A stretch of DNA of 64,000 nt. Source: an uncultured Verrucomicrobiae bacterium (GTDB taxonomy: Bacteria > Verrucomicrobiota > Verrucomicrobiia > Chthoniobacterales > Chthoniobacteraceae). The DNA is taken from the NCBI GenBank assembly GCA_963828525.1, contig CAWHEP010000002.1, forward strand, positions 512,001 through 576,000, read 5' to 3'. A program made the position numbers and the translations under genes. Below the pieces are notes generated by a model, which was given only the letters and a program-made list of their open reading frames with translations, made no database searches and was not told where the DNA came from. Below are positions 51,061 to 60,652 of this stretch, one piece after another; positions within the stretch are counted from its first letter, which is position 1, and each line of letters starts with the position of its first letter.

Positions 51061-51145
51061 TTTGGATCAAACCCTCCATTGCGGATTACTGCCGTACCGC
51101 CGGTGTGTCCAACAGATTTGTGAAGGTCTCTGGAGACCAGTTCAT
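51057..51145 (-). pseudogene. C-terminal remnant of an HNH/WHH-type nuclease toxin
   Basis: ELVSRDLHKSVGHTGGTAVIRNGGFDPK*; its TGA overlaps the SUKH ATG. Confidence 0.7.
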
Positions 51146-51273
51146 TTTTTTCTAACGAGGTAAATGAGGGCGGTGGCCGGAATCAAATTCTCGTTCACTC
51201 ATTAATTGTGCTTGGACTCAGAGCCAAAAGAATTGCTGCTTGAGCAACTTGTAAACTGGCCGGGCTGGCGGGA

Positions 51274-51449
51274 TCACTCAATAATTTCCTGAGCGAATTT
51301 GATTAAAACCCCGCCAAGTTCAATGGCTTGATCTTTCGTTAGTTCAACCGGATCGCCATGGCGTTCGACTGCCTTTATATGCACTGCTTCTTGTTCAATC
51401 GGAAGCGTAAATCCCCGTTTAAGATTTCAAAATTCCTATTCAGGTTCAT
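51274..51449 (-). CDS. Small AT-rich orphan protein, possibly immunity-like (frameshifted)
   Basis: MNLNRNFEILNGDLRF / IEQEAVHIKAVERHGDPVELTKDQAIELGGVLIKFAQEIIE*. Confidence 0.55.
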
Positions 51450-51453
51450 CGGC

Positions 51454-52653
51454 TTATTTGCTCCCGAGCATATGGCGGATGCCCAACTCTAAGCCGCGCA
51501 GTTCGGCTAGACCCCTCAATCTTCCAATGGCGGAGTAACCGGGATAGAACGACTGCTTGAGATCGCCGAGCATACGGTGGCCGTGATCGGGCCGCATCGG
51601 CAGCGGCGTGAAATCCCCGTGCGTGGCCCGGCGGTCGAGTTCCTCGATCGCGGCCAGCATGACAGCCGCCATATCGGCGCTTCCGCCGAGGTGATCCGCT
51701 TCATAAAAGCTGCCGTCGGCTTCGCGCTGGACACTGCGCAGGTGCAGAAAATGGACGCGGTGGCCGATGCGGCGAAAGATGGCGGGAAGATCGTTGGCGG
51801 GATGTGCGCCCAGCGATCCGGTGCAGAAGGTGATTCCGTTGGCGGGGGAATCCACGGCGGTCAAAATGGCGTCGAGGTCCTCCGGTGTGCCGGCGATGCG
51901 GGGCAGGCCAAAAATCGGAAAGGGAGGATCATCCGGATGGAGGCCAAGCGAGATGCCGCAGTCCTCGGCGACAGGAACGACATGACGGAGAAAAGCGGCA
52001 TGGTTTTCCCGCAGGCGCGCCGAGTCAATGGATTGATATTGATCCAGTGCCGCACGAAACTGGTCGAGCGTCAGGTCCTCGACCGTGCCGGGCAGCCCGA
52101 GAAGGATGGTGCGCGTGAGAGCCTCGCGCCGTTCGGTGGAAAGCTGTTCATGACGCCTGGCGGCCCGCGCGCAAACTTCGGGCGAATGACTCGCCTGCGC
52201 TCCGGCTCGCTTCAGGATGTGAAGATCGAAGAGGGCGGCGTCGACGGCGTCAAAACGCAGCGCTTCCGCGCCGTCCGGGAGGATCCAGGCGAGATTGGTC
52301 CGCGTCCAGTCGAGCGGCATGAAATTGTAGCAGACGACCTTGAGCCCGCACGCGGCGAGGTTGCGCAGGCTTTGCGCATAGTTGGCCAGGTAGCGTTCGG
52401 CATCGCTCTTCGCCTGCTTGATGTCCTCGTGCACAGGCACGCTTTCAACCACCGACCAGCGCAGACCGGCCCGTTCGATGGTTTCCATGCGGCGGCGGAT
52501 TTCCTCGACCGGCCAAACGTTGCCGTTGGAGAGATGGTGCAGGGCGGTTACGACGCCCGTCGCGCCGGCCTGCTGGATGGACGCGAGCGGGACCGGGTCA
52601 TCGGGTCCAAACCAACGCCAGGTTTGTTCCAGCCATGGAGTGATGGGGGGCAT
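51454..52653 (-). CDS. uxuA: Mannonate dehydratase
   Basis: QTWRWFGPDD, WSVVESVPVHEDIK, CYNFMP, HPDDPP, RPDHGH, GRLRGLAELRG. Confidence 0.95.
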   Translation of the reverse strand: MPPITPWLEQTWRWFGPDDPVPLASIQQAGATGVVTALHHLSNGNVWPVEEIRRRMETIERAGLRWSVVESVPVHEDIKQAKSDAERYLANYAQSLRNLAACGLKVVCYNFMPLDWTRTNLAWILPDGAEALRFDAVDAALFDLHILKRAGAQASHSPEVCARAARRHEQLSTERREALTRTILLGLPGTVEDLTLDQFRAALDQYQSIDSARLRENHAAFLRHVVPVAEDCGISLGLHPDDPPFPIFGLPRIAGTPEDLDAILTAVDSPANGITFCTGSLGAHPANDLPAIFRRIGHRVHFLHLRSVQREADGSFYEADHLGGSADMAAVMLAAIEELDRRATHGDFTPLPMRPDHGHRMLGDLKQSFYPGYSAIGRLRGLAELRGLELGIRHMLGSK

Positions 52654-52774
52654 AATTTTCGAAAGAGTGAGGATGCGTATGGCGCCGGATGCGTCGGATA
52701 CCTTGAGAAATCCCTGCGACTGATTGGGTCGAAGATCGCATTCCGAGGGAAAGGACCAAGTCTTGGCCGTTTTT

Positions 52775-55402
52775 TCATGGTTGGCTGGGACCTTTGTTTT
52801 GCGGAGGCGGGTTCAAAACCTTGACGCGGTAGGCGAAGAGGTATTGATCGATCAAGCCTCCGTCCGAACTAGAAACGAGACTGACGCGCAATTGAAGATC
52901 GGCGGGGGCGGCGATATCTAATGGCAGGGGCAGCAGCCCCTGGCAGAGTGCACCTTCGGTAACGGTGGGAACTCTTGCCGTGGCGCTGCCGGTTTGCAGG
53001 ACCTTGCCGTTCTGCTCGACCTGATATCGGAGCTCGCAATCGGGCGTAGCCGCGGTGTCGTTGCAGACCCAGATTTCGACGTTCGGCTTCGCTGAGGCGG
53101 AGAATTCCGACTGCCCTTTTTCGCTCCGCACCTGCACGGCGATGGGCGCGAGTGCATCGCGATAGGCATACCATGCCTTCTTTGGCTGCCGGTCGACGTC
53201 CATGATCGATTTCAGCCAACCAGCCGGCCACGCATCGATCAGCAGATGAATGGCGAAGGAATTCATCCGAGTCATTCGGCGAAAGGCCTCGGTCTTCAGC
53301 TTGATGACATCCGCCTGGTGGGACTGCGAGGCATCCACCCATTCCGCCATCGTGCGCGGCTCCGTGTACCACAGCTTGAATTTCCCCATGGTCTGGGAGC
53401 CGGGGATGCGATCAGGCTTCCATGAACCGTCTGTGCCGGCGGTGAGCCACGCGGGTGGGTAATACTTTTCCATCGTCTGGATGGAGTCGAGACCCTCCAC
53501 GCCGAACTCCCCACAGCCGTACATCCAATCTTTCCGGACCTTCATCCAGTAGCCGGCCTGGAGACGGTCCAACGAGACGCCGTGCTGACCGTACCAGCCG
53601 CTGTAGCAATGATTGTCCGGGTAGCCGTCGGAGGGAGGGTTGTAGTCGCCATCGATCAGCTTCATCGCCTGGTCCGGGTTCTCGATGCGCACGAGTTTGC
53701 GGGCGCAATCGAGCAGTTGCTCGAGCTGCTCACGATTCAGCGCAAAGGCCTTGCCGCCGGTGCCACTGCCGCTGTCGGGTTCGTTCATGAGCGAGATCAT
53801 CACCGCCGATGGGTGGCTGCGCACCGTGCGTTCCATTTCCACCGCCTGGCGCAACACCTCCGGCGCCTGCTTGAAGCTCACCAGCGCGAACAGCGGCAGG
53901 TCCGATTGCGTCATCAACCCGAGCCGGTCGCAGCAGTCGTAAAACTCCTGGGGCATCACTGTCTGCGTGCAGCGAATGAAGTTCAGGCGCGTGATCTTTG
54001 CCAGCAGAACGTCGTCGATGAGCCGGTTCCAATCCCGCCGCATCACGTCGAGCTGGAAATTGCCCATCTCGTTTGCGCCGCGCAGGCGGATTTCCTGGCC
54101 ATTCAGGTAAAAGCGGCCATGCGGCTCGGAATCCTCCCGCAGTTCGAACGAGCGCATGCCAAAGGATTTGTCCATGGAGTCGACCAGGTCGCCACTGGCC
54201 CCGATAAGCTGCACGCGCGCGGTGTAGAGCCACGGCTGATCCAATGTCCAGGTGCGCGAGTTCGGGATCGGCACTCGGACATGATAGATGCACCTTGTTC
54301 CAGCGAGCGAGAACACGATGGGCTTGGCGCCTTGCGGAACCACCGTCTCCTGGAAGTTGCGTCCAAAGAGCGAGACGCTGAGTCTGGCAGCGCCGTTTGC
54401 CTCCGAGGGGTTCTCCACCTCGACCGCGACATCGACTGATTTGTCCGCGAGATTGGGACGCGGAAAGACATCACCCAAGTAACTGTCCGAGCGGGTCTCC
54501 ATGGAAACGCCCTGATAGATACCGAACCCGTTGGGCGTGCCGTTCCAGCCGAATTCCGGATCGTCCCAGCCGGGCGAGTTCGAGGCCTCGATCTTGTCTC
54601 CGAACGTGCGCGGGATATTCTTCTTTCGGTTCGCGGTCTCACCCGTCGGGGAGGACCCGATACCCATGCGCGAAGAGTTCCGCACCTTTACCAGGAGGAC
54701 ATTATAGCCCTTCCGCGCGTATGGCGTAAAATCGACGTCGAACGCGCCGAAGTACCCCTTGTGCCCGCCAACGTAGTGGCCATTGACGTAGACCTCGGCA
54801 AAATAGGAAACGCCGTTGAAGTGCACGATGAGCCGGTCCTTGCTCTTCATCGCGTCCGGGAGGTTGAAGACCGTGCGGTACCAGCACACCGCCTGCTCGC
54901 CGGGGCCGGTGTAATGCGGGATGGCCTCATCCTTCCACGCGCCGTTGCCCGCCAGCGTCCAGGTGAAATCGGCGCGATCCTCCGGGGTCTCCATGCGGAA
55001 TTGCATCCGTTGGATGGGAATCGACATGCGCACGTCCGGCGGCGGCGGGGTGAACTCCTGGAAAAATGGGCGAAATTTGTCCCGGGCATCCTTCAGCGCG
55101 GCAGCCAGCTTCTCCGGCGTGTCGATCTTCTCGATCGGCTTCACGGGCTCGCCGCCGTTCCATGGCAGTAGATTCTGTGGGACGGGCGCGGGTCCCGGCA
55201 CTTCCATGGGCTCGCGCCCGTGAACGGTGATTTTTTGCGCGGCAATCTGGCCGTAGACATCATCCTGCTGGGCAAAAGCGCCGTGCGACGCAACGGCAAA
55301 CACGAATAATAGCGGGATGATCGGGCGAAGGGACATTATCGGGAGCATGCGGCTTGAAACGCGGGTTGTTATCATTGGCTTTACGGCGAATTGCATCCTC
55401 AT
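52775..55402 (-). CDS. Secreted glycoside hydrolase, family 2-like
   Basis: FNGVSYFAEVYVNG, FGMRSF, FYLNG..RLRGAN, CDRLGL, RSHPSAVMISLMNEP, GEFG; RBS AAGGAG. Confidence 0.85.
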   Translation of the reverse strand: MRMQFAVKPMITTRVSSRMLPIMSLRPIIPLLFVFAVASHGAFAQQDDVYGQIAAQKITVHGREPMEVPGPAPVPQNLLPWNGGEPVKPIEKIDTPEKLAAALKDARDKFRPFFQEFTPPPPDVRMSIPIQRMQFRMETPEDRADFTWTLAGNGAWKDEAIPHYTGPGEQAVCWYRTVFNLPDAMKSKDRLIVHFNGVSYFAEVYVNGHYVGGHKGYFGAFDVDFTPYARKGYNVLLVKVRNSSRMGIGSSPTGETANRKKNIPRTFGDKIEASNSPGWDDPEFGWNGTPNGFGIYQGVSMETRSDSYLGDVFPRPNLADKSVDVAVEVENPSEANGAARLSVSLFGRNFQETVVPQGAKPIVFSLAGTRCIYHVRVPIPNSRTWTLDQPWLYTARVQLIGASGDLVDSMDKSFGMRSFELREDSEPHGRFYLNGQEIRLRGANEMGNFQLDVMRRDWNRLIDDVLLAKITRLNFIRCTQTVMPQEFYDCCDRLGLMTQSDLPLFALVSFKQAPEVLRQAVEMERTVRSHPSAVMISLMNEPDSGSGTGGKAFALNREQLEQLLDCARKLVRIENPDQAMKLIDGDYNPPSDGYPDNHCYSGWYGQHGVSLDRLQAGYWMKVRKDWMYGCGEFGVEGLDSIQTMEKYYPPAWLTAGTDGSWKPDRIPGSQTMGKFKLWYTEPRTMAEWVDASQSHQADVIKLKTEAFRRMTRMNSFAIHLLIDAWPAGWLKSIMDVDRQPKKAWYAYRDALAPIAVQVRSEKGQSEFSASAKPNVEIWVCNDTAATPDCELRYQVEQNGKVLQTGSATARVPTVTEGALCQGLLPLPLDIAAPADLQLRVSLVSSSDGGLIDQYLFAYRVKVLNPPPQNKGPSQP

Positions 55403-55551
55403 GTTCTCCTTAGTTAGCCTGTGGTTTCATCACCACCACTTTGTCCGCGAGCGCGGGCGGATCAATTTTCCAGGTCACAAGCTGGCCCTCTTTCACCGTA
55501 CCGGTGATGATGCCGCCATGACTGACGTGCAGCTTGAAATTTATTCATCAT

Positions 55552-55888
55552 TTATTCTCCTGTTGTTGGGATGTGCGGGTCATCATTTACTTTGATTTTA
55601 CGTCCATCCGAACCGTAAGCATGTACGTGATCCATCGCGGCATTTGGTAAATCCATACGGTTGACTGGTATCGAAGTCAATATGGCCTCTGTCTAGACGG
55701 AGGCGCTGTTCGCCGGTAGTGGGATTGTTCCATTTTCTTGGATAGTCTGGACTGGTCGTATTCCCGACGGGCTTCAAACCCCTTTCGTTTTGCAAGATCG
55801 CGGATTTCTGAACTGGTCTGCTCATATCGACGGACCGTCGCGGGTTTCTGGGAAATCCGTTACTCTCCCATGGATTCAATGGACCCAT
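55552..55888 (-). pseudogene. Orphan polymorphic-toxin C-terminal fragment
   Basis: RLRLDRGHID / PNAAMDHVHAYGSDGRKIKVNDDPHIPTTGE*, AT-rich, stop abuts an ATG. Confidence 0.55.
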
Positions 55889-56298
55889 TGAACTTATTTA
55901 GCGCGCGCTGGATCGCTCTGGAAGAAACCGGCCACGCTTAGGCGGTTTTTGAAACTGGTCAGCTGGCGGGATCCGACCCGGGGCTCTTCGTCCTGAACGG
56001 CAAGCCCCACCCACTGGTCACAGGGAGATGTGTGTTCCTCCCGGAAAAGGGCCTTTTCCTCCCAAACCGGTGGAGCAGCCGCATTCCCTGTCCTACGATG
56101 AATTACTGCAAATGCCATGAAAGTTCAGCATCATCTTTACCGGCCTACGTCGCGCCGCGCGCCGCGCTTGCGCTACCGCATTCCCACCCACGAAGAAGCC
56201 GGCTCCTTCGAGTCGATGACCAGTGCTATCGTTTGGGCTCTGAAGAACGTGAGCGGCTGGGACTGGCACGTTGAGCCCTTTCACGATGAAAGCATTCT

Positions 56299-57000
56299 AT
56301 GAACCAACAATCCAATCGCCGCACCTTTCTGGGCGCGCTCGCCCTGGGCGTGCCCGCCTTTTTCACCACTCGGGGAGCCTTTGCCGAGCAGCTCTCCGGC
56401 ACCCCGCCTCTGACGGAGGGTCCCTTTTACCCCGACAAGCTCCCGCTCGACACCGATAACGATCTGCTCATCGTTAACGATTCCATCACTCCTGCCGTGG
56501 GGCAGATCGTGCATCTCTCCGGCCGCGTGCTCAGCCCCTCTGGCAGCCCATTGCGGAATGCGACCGTGGAAATCTGGCAGACGGACAGTCACGGCGTGTA
56601 CATCAACACGCGCGCCCCGGGCAGGGACCAGCTCGACCGGCATTTCCAAGGCTACGGGCGCTTCCTTACCGCCTCCACGGGCGAGTATTATTTCAGGACC
56701 ATTAAGCCCGCGCCTTATTCGGGTCGCACCCGGCATATCCACATCCGGGTAAAACAGGGCGGGAAGGATTTGCTGACTACGCAGATCTTCGTCAAAGGCG
56801 AGCCGCTCAACGCCAGCGATGGAGTCTTGAGCGATCTGCAAAGCGCGCACGACCGGGACCTTGTCACCGTCGATTTTACGCCGGTCGCCGGCTCCGCCAT
56901 CGGGGAGCTAGCGGCGAACTTCACCCTGATGCTCGGGCGCACCCCGGCGGAGGGGCCGCACGGACATCCGCCCGGTCCTCCCCCGGACGCCATCTTTTGA
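56299..57000 (+). CDS. Intradiol ring-cleavage dioxygenase-like protein with Tat signal
   Basis: NRRTFLG; TEGPFYP, VEIWQTDSHGVY, TIKPAPYSGRTRHIH. Confidence 0.9.
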   Translation: MNQQSNRRTFLGALALGVPAFFTTRGAFAEQLSGTPPLTEGPFYPDKLPLDTDNDLLIVNDSITPAVGQIVHLSGRVLSPSGSPLRNATVEIWQTDSHGVYINTRAPGRDQLDRHFQGYGRFLTASTGEYYFRTIKPAPYSGRTRHIHIRVKQGGKDLLTTQIFVKGEPLNASDGVLSDLQSAHDRDLVTVDFTPVAGSAIGELAANFTLMLGRTPAEGPHGHPPGPPPDAIF

Positions 57001-57112
57001 TCATGCGGCGCGCCTCCTTCATGAGATCGGCTCTCGCCATTCCGCTGCCCTGCGGCTGCGTTCGACAGGATCGGCCGGCCATGGATATGCTGCGGCGGTT
57101 TTCTCCTCCGCC

Positions 57113-58204
57113 ATGCGCTTATGGTCCCGCCTTCCCTCCGAGCTGCGGAACTGGCTGCTGAGTTTTCTGGCTTGGGGCCTGGTGGCTTTCTCGATGGGTG
57201 CGGAGGACGCGGCGCACCATTCCCACTCGATCCTGCATGGCCTGCGAATGGGCCTGCGCGATTGGCTTCCCTGGGCCATCTTGACGCCCCTGATCTTTCA
57301 ACTCGTGGCGCGGCTGCCCATCGACCGGCAGCGCTGGAAAATCGCGCTGCCCGTGCATGTCGTCTGCGGCATCGCCGCGGTGCTTGCTCTGCCAGTGGTG
57401 GAAGATGACGGTCGACCGCACGATGCCGCCCGCCCCGGCGCCGGAGTTTCGCGAAAGCGGCTCCGCCCCCGCCCGGCGTGGCAGGAGGAGCGGGCCGCCT
57501 GGCCCGCGGGTTTCGACCTGCTCCATTTCGCCAGCTTCGAAATTCCCATCTACCTCATGCTGGTGAGCGCCGCGCACACCCTGCTCTTTTCCCGGCGCAC
57601 GCGGGAGCGCGAGGCCAGCCTGGCGCGCGCCCTCTCGGAAGCGCAAAAGATGCAGCTCCAGCCGCATTTCTTTTCAACACGCTCAACATGATCGCCGAAC
57701 TGGTGCACAGCGAGGCGGACCGGGCGGATGCCATGCTCATGGCCCTGAGCGACCTGCTGCGGCTGACCATGGACACGGCCGGGGAGCAGGAACTGCCGCT
57801 CAAGCGCGAACTGGAATTCATCGAGCGCTACCTGGCCATCATGCACGCGCGCTTTGAGGACAGGGTGCAATTTCAACTCGGCATCGATCCGGCCACCACC
57901 ATGGCCCTGGTCCCCACCTTCCTGCTGCAACCCTTGGTTGAAAATGCCGTGGAGCACGGTCTGGGCTCGCGCCAGGAGGGCGGGCTTGATCACCATCCGC
58001 TCGCGCAGAGTCGGCAAGACCCTTCATCTCTCCGTGTCGGATAACGGCATCGGCCGCCCGGCGGGAGAAAATGGCCGGGTCGGCTTGGGGCTTGGCAACA
58101 CGCGCGGGCGGCTCCACGAGCTTTACGGAGAGGCCGGGCGCCTGGAGCTGCACGACGCGGGCGGTCTCATCGTCGAGATCGCCATCCCTTTTCACACCGC
58201 ATGA
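57113..58204 (+). CDS. LytS-type sensor histidine kinase (frameshifted)
   Basis: MQLQPHF(L)FNTLN, LSDLLR, LQPLVENAVEHG, SDNGIG, GLGLGNTRGRL. Confidence 0.9.
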
Positions 58205-58953
58205 AGATGCGCGTGATGATCGTGGATGACGAGAGGCTGGCCCGGAACCGCCTGCGGCGGTTGCTCGGCCGCGAGCCGGGCGTGGAGATCGTAGCCGAAT
58301 GCGCGGACGGGCCCGCGGCCGTGAAGGCCGTGCAGGAGCGCGCGCCGGATCTCATGCTGCTGGATGTGCAAATGCCGGGCATGGACGGTTTCGCTGTGCT
58401 GGAGGCGCTCGGGCCGGAGCGCGCCCCGGCGGTCGTCTTCATCACCGCCTCGGATGAACACGCCATCCGCGCCTTCGAGGAGCATGCGCTGGATTACCTC
58501 ATGAAGCCGGTCGCGCCCGAGCGCTTCGCGAAAATGCTGAGCCGCGCCCGGGAGCGCGCCGCCCGGGCCGAAGCCCCCTCGCAATCCGTGTTCGAGTTGC
58601 TCGCGCAGCGGAGCGCGGAAGGGCGGGCTCCCCGCCTGGTGGTGCGCAGCGGTGAGCGCACCACCTTTGTCTCGCCGGAGGAGATCGACTGGGTGGAAGC
58701 GGCGGGCAACTACGCCGTGCTGCATCTCGGCAAGAAGACGCACATCATCCGAGAGACCATGGCCGCGCTGGAGACGGCGTTGCCCGCGGAGTTCTTCCTG
58801 CGGGTCAGCCGGTCCGTGATCCTGAATCTTCGGCGTGTCGCGGAATTGCAGTCGCTTTTTGCCGGCGAACATGTGGCGATCCTGACCGATGGACAGCGCA
58901 TCGGCATTACTCGCAGCCTGCGGGAAGTGGAGGACCGCCTCCGGCACGTATAA
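58201..58953 (+). CDS. LytTR-family response regulator
   Basis: IVDDERLAR, LLDVQMP, DYLMKP; LytTR domain EAAGNY...FLRVSRS. Confidence 0.95.
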   Translation: MKMRVMIVDDERLARNRLRRLLGREPGVEIVAECADGPAAVKAVQERAPDLMLLDVQMPGMDGFAVLEALGPERAPAVVFITASDEHAIRAFEEHALDYLMKPVAPERFAKMLSRARERAARAEAPSQSVFELLAQRSAEGRAPRLVVRSGERTTFVSPEEIDWVEAAGNYAVLHLGKKTHIIRETMAALETALPAEFFLRVSRSVILNLRRVAELQSLFAGEHVAILTDGQRIGITRSLREVEDRLRHV

Positions 58954-58972
58954 TCAAATAAATGCAAACGTC

Positions 58973-59500
58973 ATGAAGCAACACCTTGCCGCGGTGCTTG
59001 GAATCTGCCTGTGCGCCGCTTCCGCCCACGCCGGTTCGAACGACGACCTGGAACAGGTCATCCAGAACGCCTCGAAGGGGCAAAACGCCGAGACCTCCGC
59101 CCAAGTCCGGGACTTCGCGGAAAGCCATCGCGACGAGATCTCGGGCATTACCCAAGGGTATCGTGCGTACATCAACCAGATTCAGGCGATGACTAACGAC
59201 AACGGCCAAATGCCCGTGGCGAGCGTCACCGGCACGAACGCCGCCGCCGCTCAGCTCGCTGGCCAAACGGCCGCCGCGGCGGTCCAGCCGCAAACGGGAT
59301 TGCAAACTGCCTCATTGCAGCCCTCGTCCGGCCTGGTCACATCGCATTTGGATGGTTCTACGCCGCTGCCGGATGCCGCGCCCGTGAGTTCGCTTCTTCA
59401 TCCTACCGCAGAACAGTTGCAGCAGGGATCCGCAGCCCAGGCCGCCATGCAGGCACGGAAGCGCAGCCTCATGCAGACGCCGCTGCGTTATCAGGATTAA
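58973..59500 (+). CDS. Secreted hypothetical protein
   Basis: Signal peptide MKQHLAAVLGICLCAASAHA; Gln/Ala-rich. Confidence 0.7.
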   Translation: MKQHLAAVLGICLCAASAHAGSNDDLEQVIQNASKGQNAETSAQVRDFAESHRDEISGITQGYRAYINQIQAMTNDNGQMPVASVTGTNAAAAQLAGQTAAAAVQPQTGLQTASLQPSSGLVTSHLDGSTPLPDAAPVSSLLHPTAEQLQQGSAAQAAMQARKRSLMQTPLRYQD

Positions 59501-59795
59501 GGGGAGTTTTTCCGCAGATTAACGCAGATTTACACAGATGAATGGACCCTGAATTCTGTCCCTAATCTGCGGAAAACATCCGGAACCCTAAAACGGGATA
59601 TCGTCGTCGCATGCAGGCGCGGAAGCGCAGCCTCATGCAAACGCCGCTGCATTATCAAGATTAAGGGGAGTTTTTCCGCAGATTAACGCAGATTTACACA
59701 GATGAATGGACCCTGAATTCTGTCCCTAATCTGCGGAAATCTGCGTTAATCTGCGGAAAAACTCCCTCCTCCCTAAAACGGGATATCGTCGTCGC
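59447..59795. repeat. Imperfect tandem duplication (59447-59610 / 59611-59795) containing palindromic repeat copies 3 and 4
   Basis: Both copies start ATGCAGGC(A/G)CGGAAGCG and end CCCTAAAACGGGATATCGTCGTCGC. Confidence 0.9.
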
Positions 59796-60255
59796 CTTCC
59801 AGGTCGGGGTCGACCGGGGGTTTCGGCTGGGGAGCCCGGGCAGGCCGGGATTGCGGAGCGCCGGAGCCGCCCCCTGAGTAACCGCCGCCTTCTCCACCCT
59901 CACCACCGCCGCCGCCCCCGCCGCGCGACCCGAGAAGCTGCATGCCTTCACCCACCACCTTCAGCTTGCTGCGTTTCTGGCCGGTCGTTTTGTCCTCCCA
60001 GGAGTCGAGCTGGAGCCGGCCTTCGATGAAAACGGGGCGTCCCTTCTTGAGGTATTCGCCCGCGATCTCGGCCGTGCGGCCCCACAGGGTCACGTCGACA
60101 AAAGTGGTCTCCTCCCGCTTTTCCCCGTTGTCTCCGCTATAGATGCGGTTGATGGCCAGCCCGAGTTCCGCCACGGCGGTGCCCTTGGGAGTGTATTTCA
60201 CTTCGGGGTCCCGCGTCAGGTTCCCCATCAACATGACTTTGTTCAGGTTGGCCAT
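59773..60255 (-). CDS. ssb: Single-stranded DNA-binding protein
   Basis: NKVMLMGNLTRDPE...DDDIPF. Confidence 0.98.
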   Translation of the reverse strand: MANLNKVMLMGNLTRDPEVKYTPKGTAVAELGLAINRIYSGDNGEKREETTFVDVTLWGRTAEIAGEYLKKGRPVFIEGRLQLDSWEDKTTGQKRSKLKVVGEGMQLLGSRGGGGGGGEGGEGGGYSGGGSGAPQSRPARAPQPKPPVDPDLEGDDDIPF

Positions 60256-60267
60256 GGCGGGTGACCT

Positions 60268-60603
60268 TTAGGCTTTGGCTTCCATCGGCTTCCGCACCGG
60301 GGCGGGCTTCTTGCGGACCGGAATCTTCTGGTAGTGCGCGCGGTACACGTCCGCATCCAGCTTGAACTTGTTCTTGATCTTGTCGATCAGGTGGGGCTCG
60401 GCGGAGAAGATGAAGTTCACGAAATAGCCGGAATCGAGCGGGCCGGCCGCATAGGAGAAGACTTTGCGCTCCAGGCGCTGCACCTGCTCCACTTCCGCGC
60501 CTTCTTTTTTGAACTCACCTTCCAGGCGGTCGATCATCTTGTTCGCGCCTTCTTCGTTGCCCTTGGTGTTGAGCACCAGGAGGGCTTCATATTTGTTTTT
60601 CAT
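60268..60603 (-). CDS. rpsF: 30S ribosomal protein S6
   Basis: KYEALLVL N-terminus; lies immediately upstream of ssb. Confidence 0.9.
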   Translation of the reverse strand: MKNKYEALLVLNTKGNEEGANKMIDRLEGEFKKEGAEVEQVQRLERKVFSYAAGPLDSGYFVNFIFSAEPHLIDKIKNKFKLDADVYRAHYQKIPVRKKPAPVRKPMEAKA

Positions 60604-60652
60604 GGGATTGTTAGTTTGGGGGGATGGAGCCCCCCGCTTTTGGCCAGGGTTG

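Noticed and set aside
51146..51200. Possible integron attC half-site (minus strand CTCATTTACCTCGTTAG)
   Set aside because: No complementary RYYYAAC arm was found and no second site, so it is insufficient to call.
55894..56302. Short ORFs on both strands upstream of the dioxygenase
   Set aside because: No recognisable motif, and the coding strand cannot be decided.
59447..59795. CRISPR array
   Set aside because: Only two long units, no regular repeat-spacer pattern and no cas genes.
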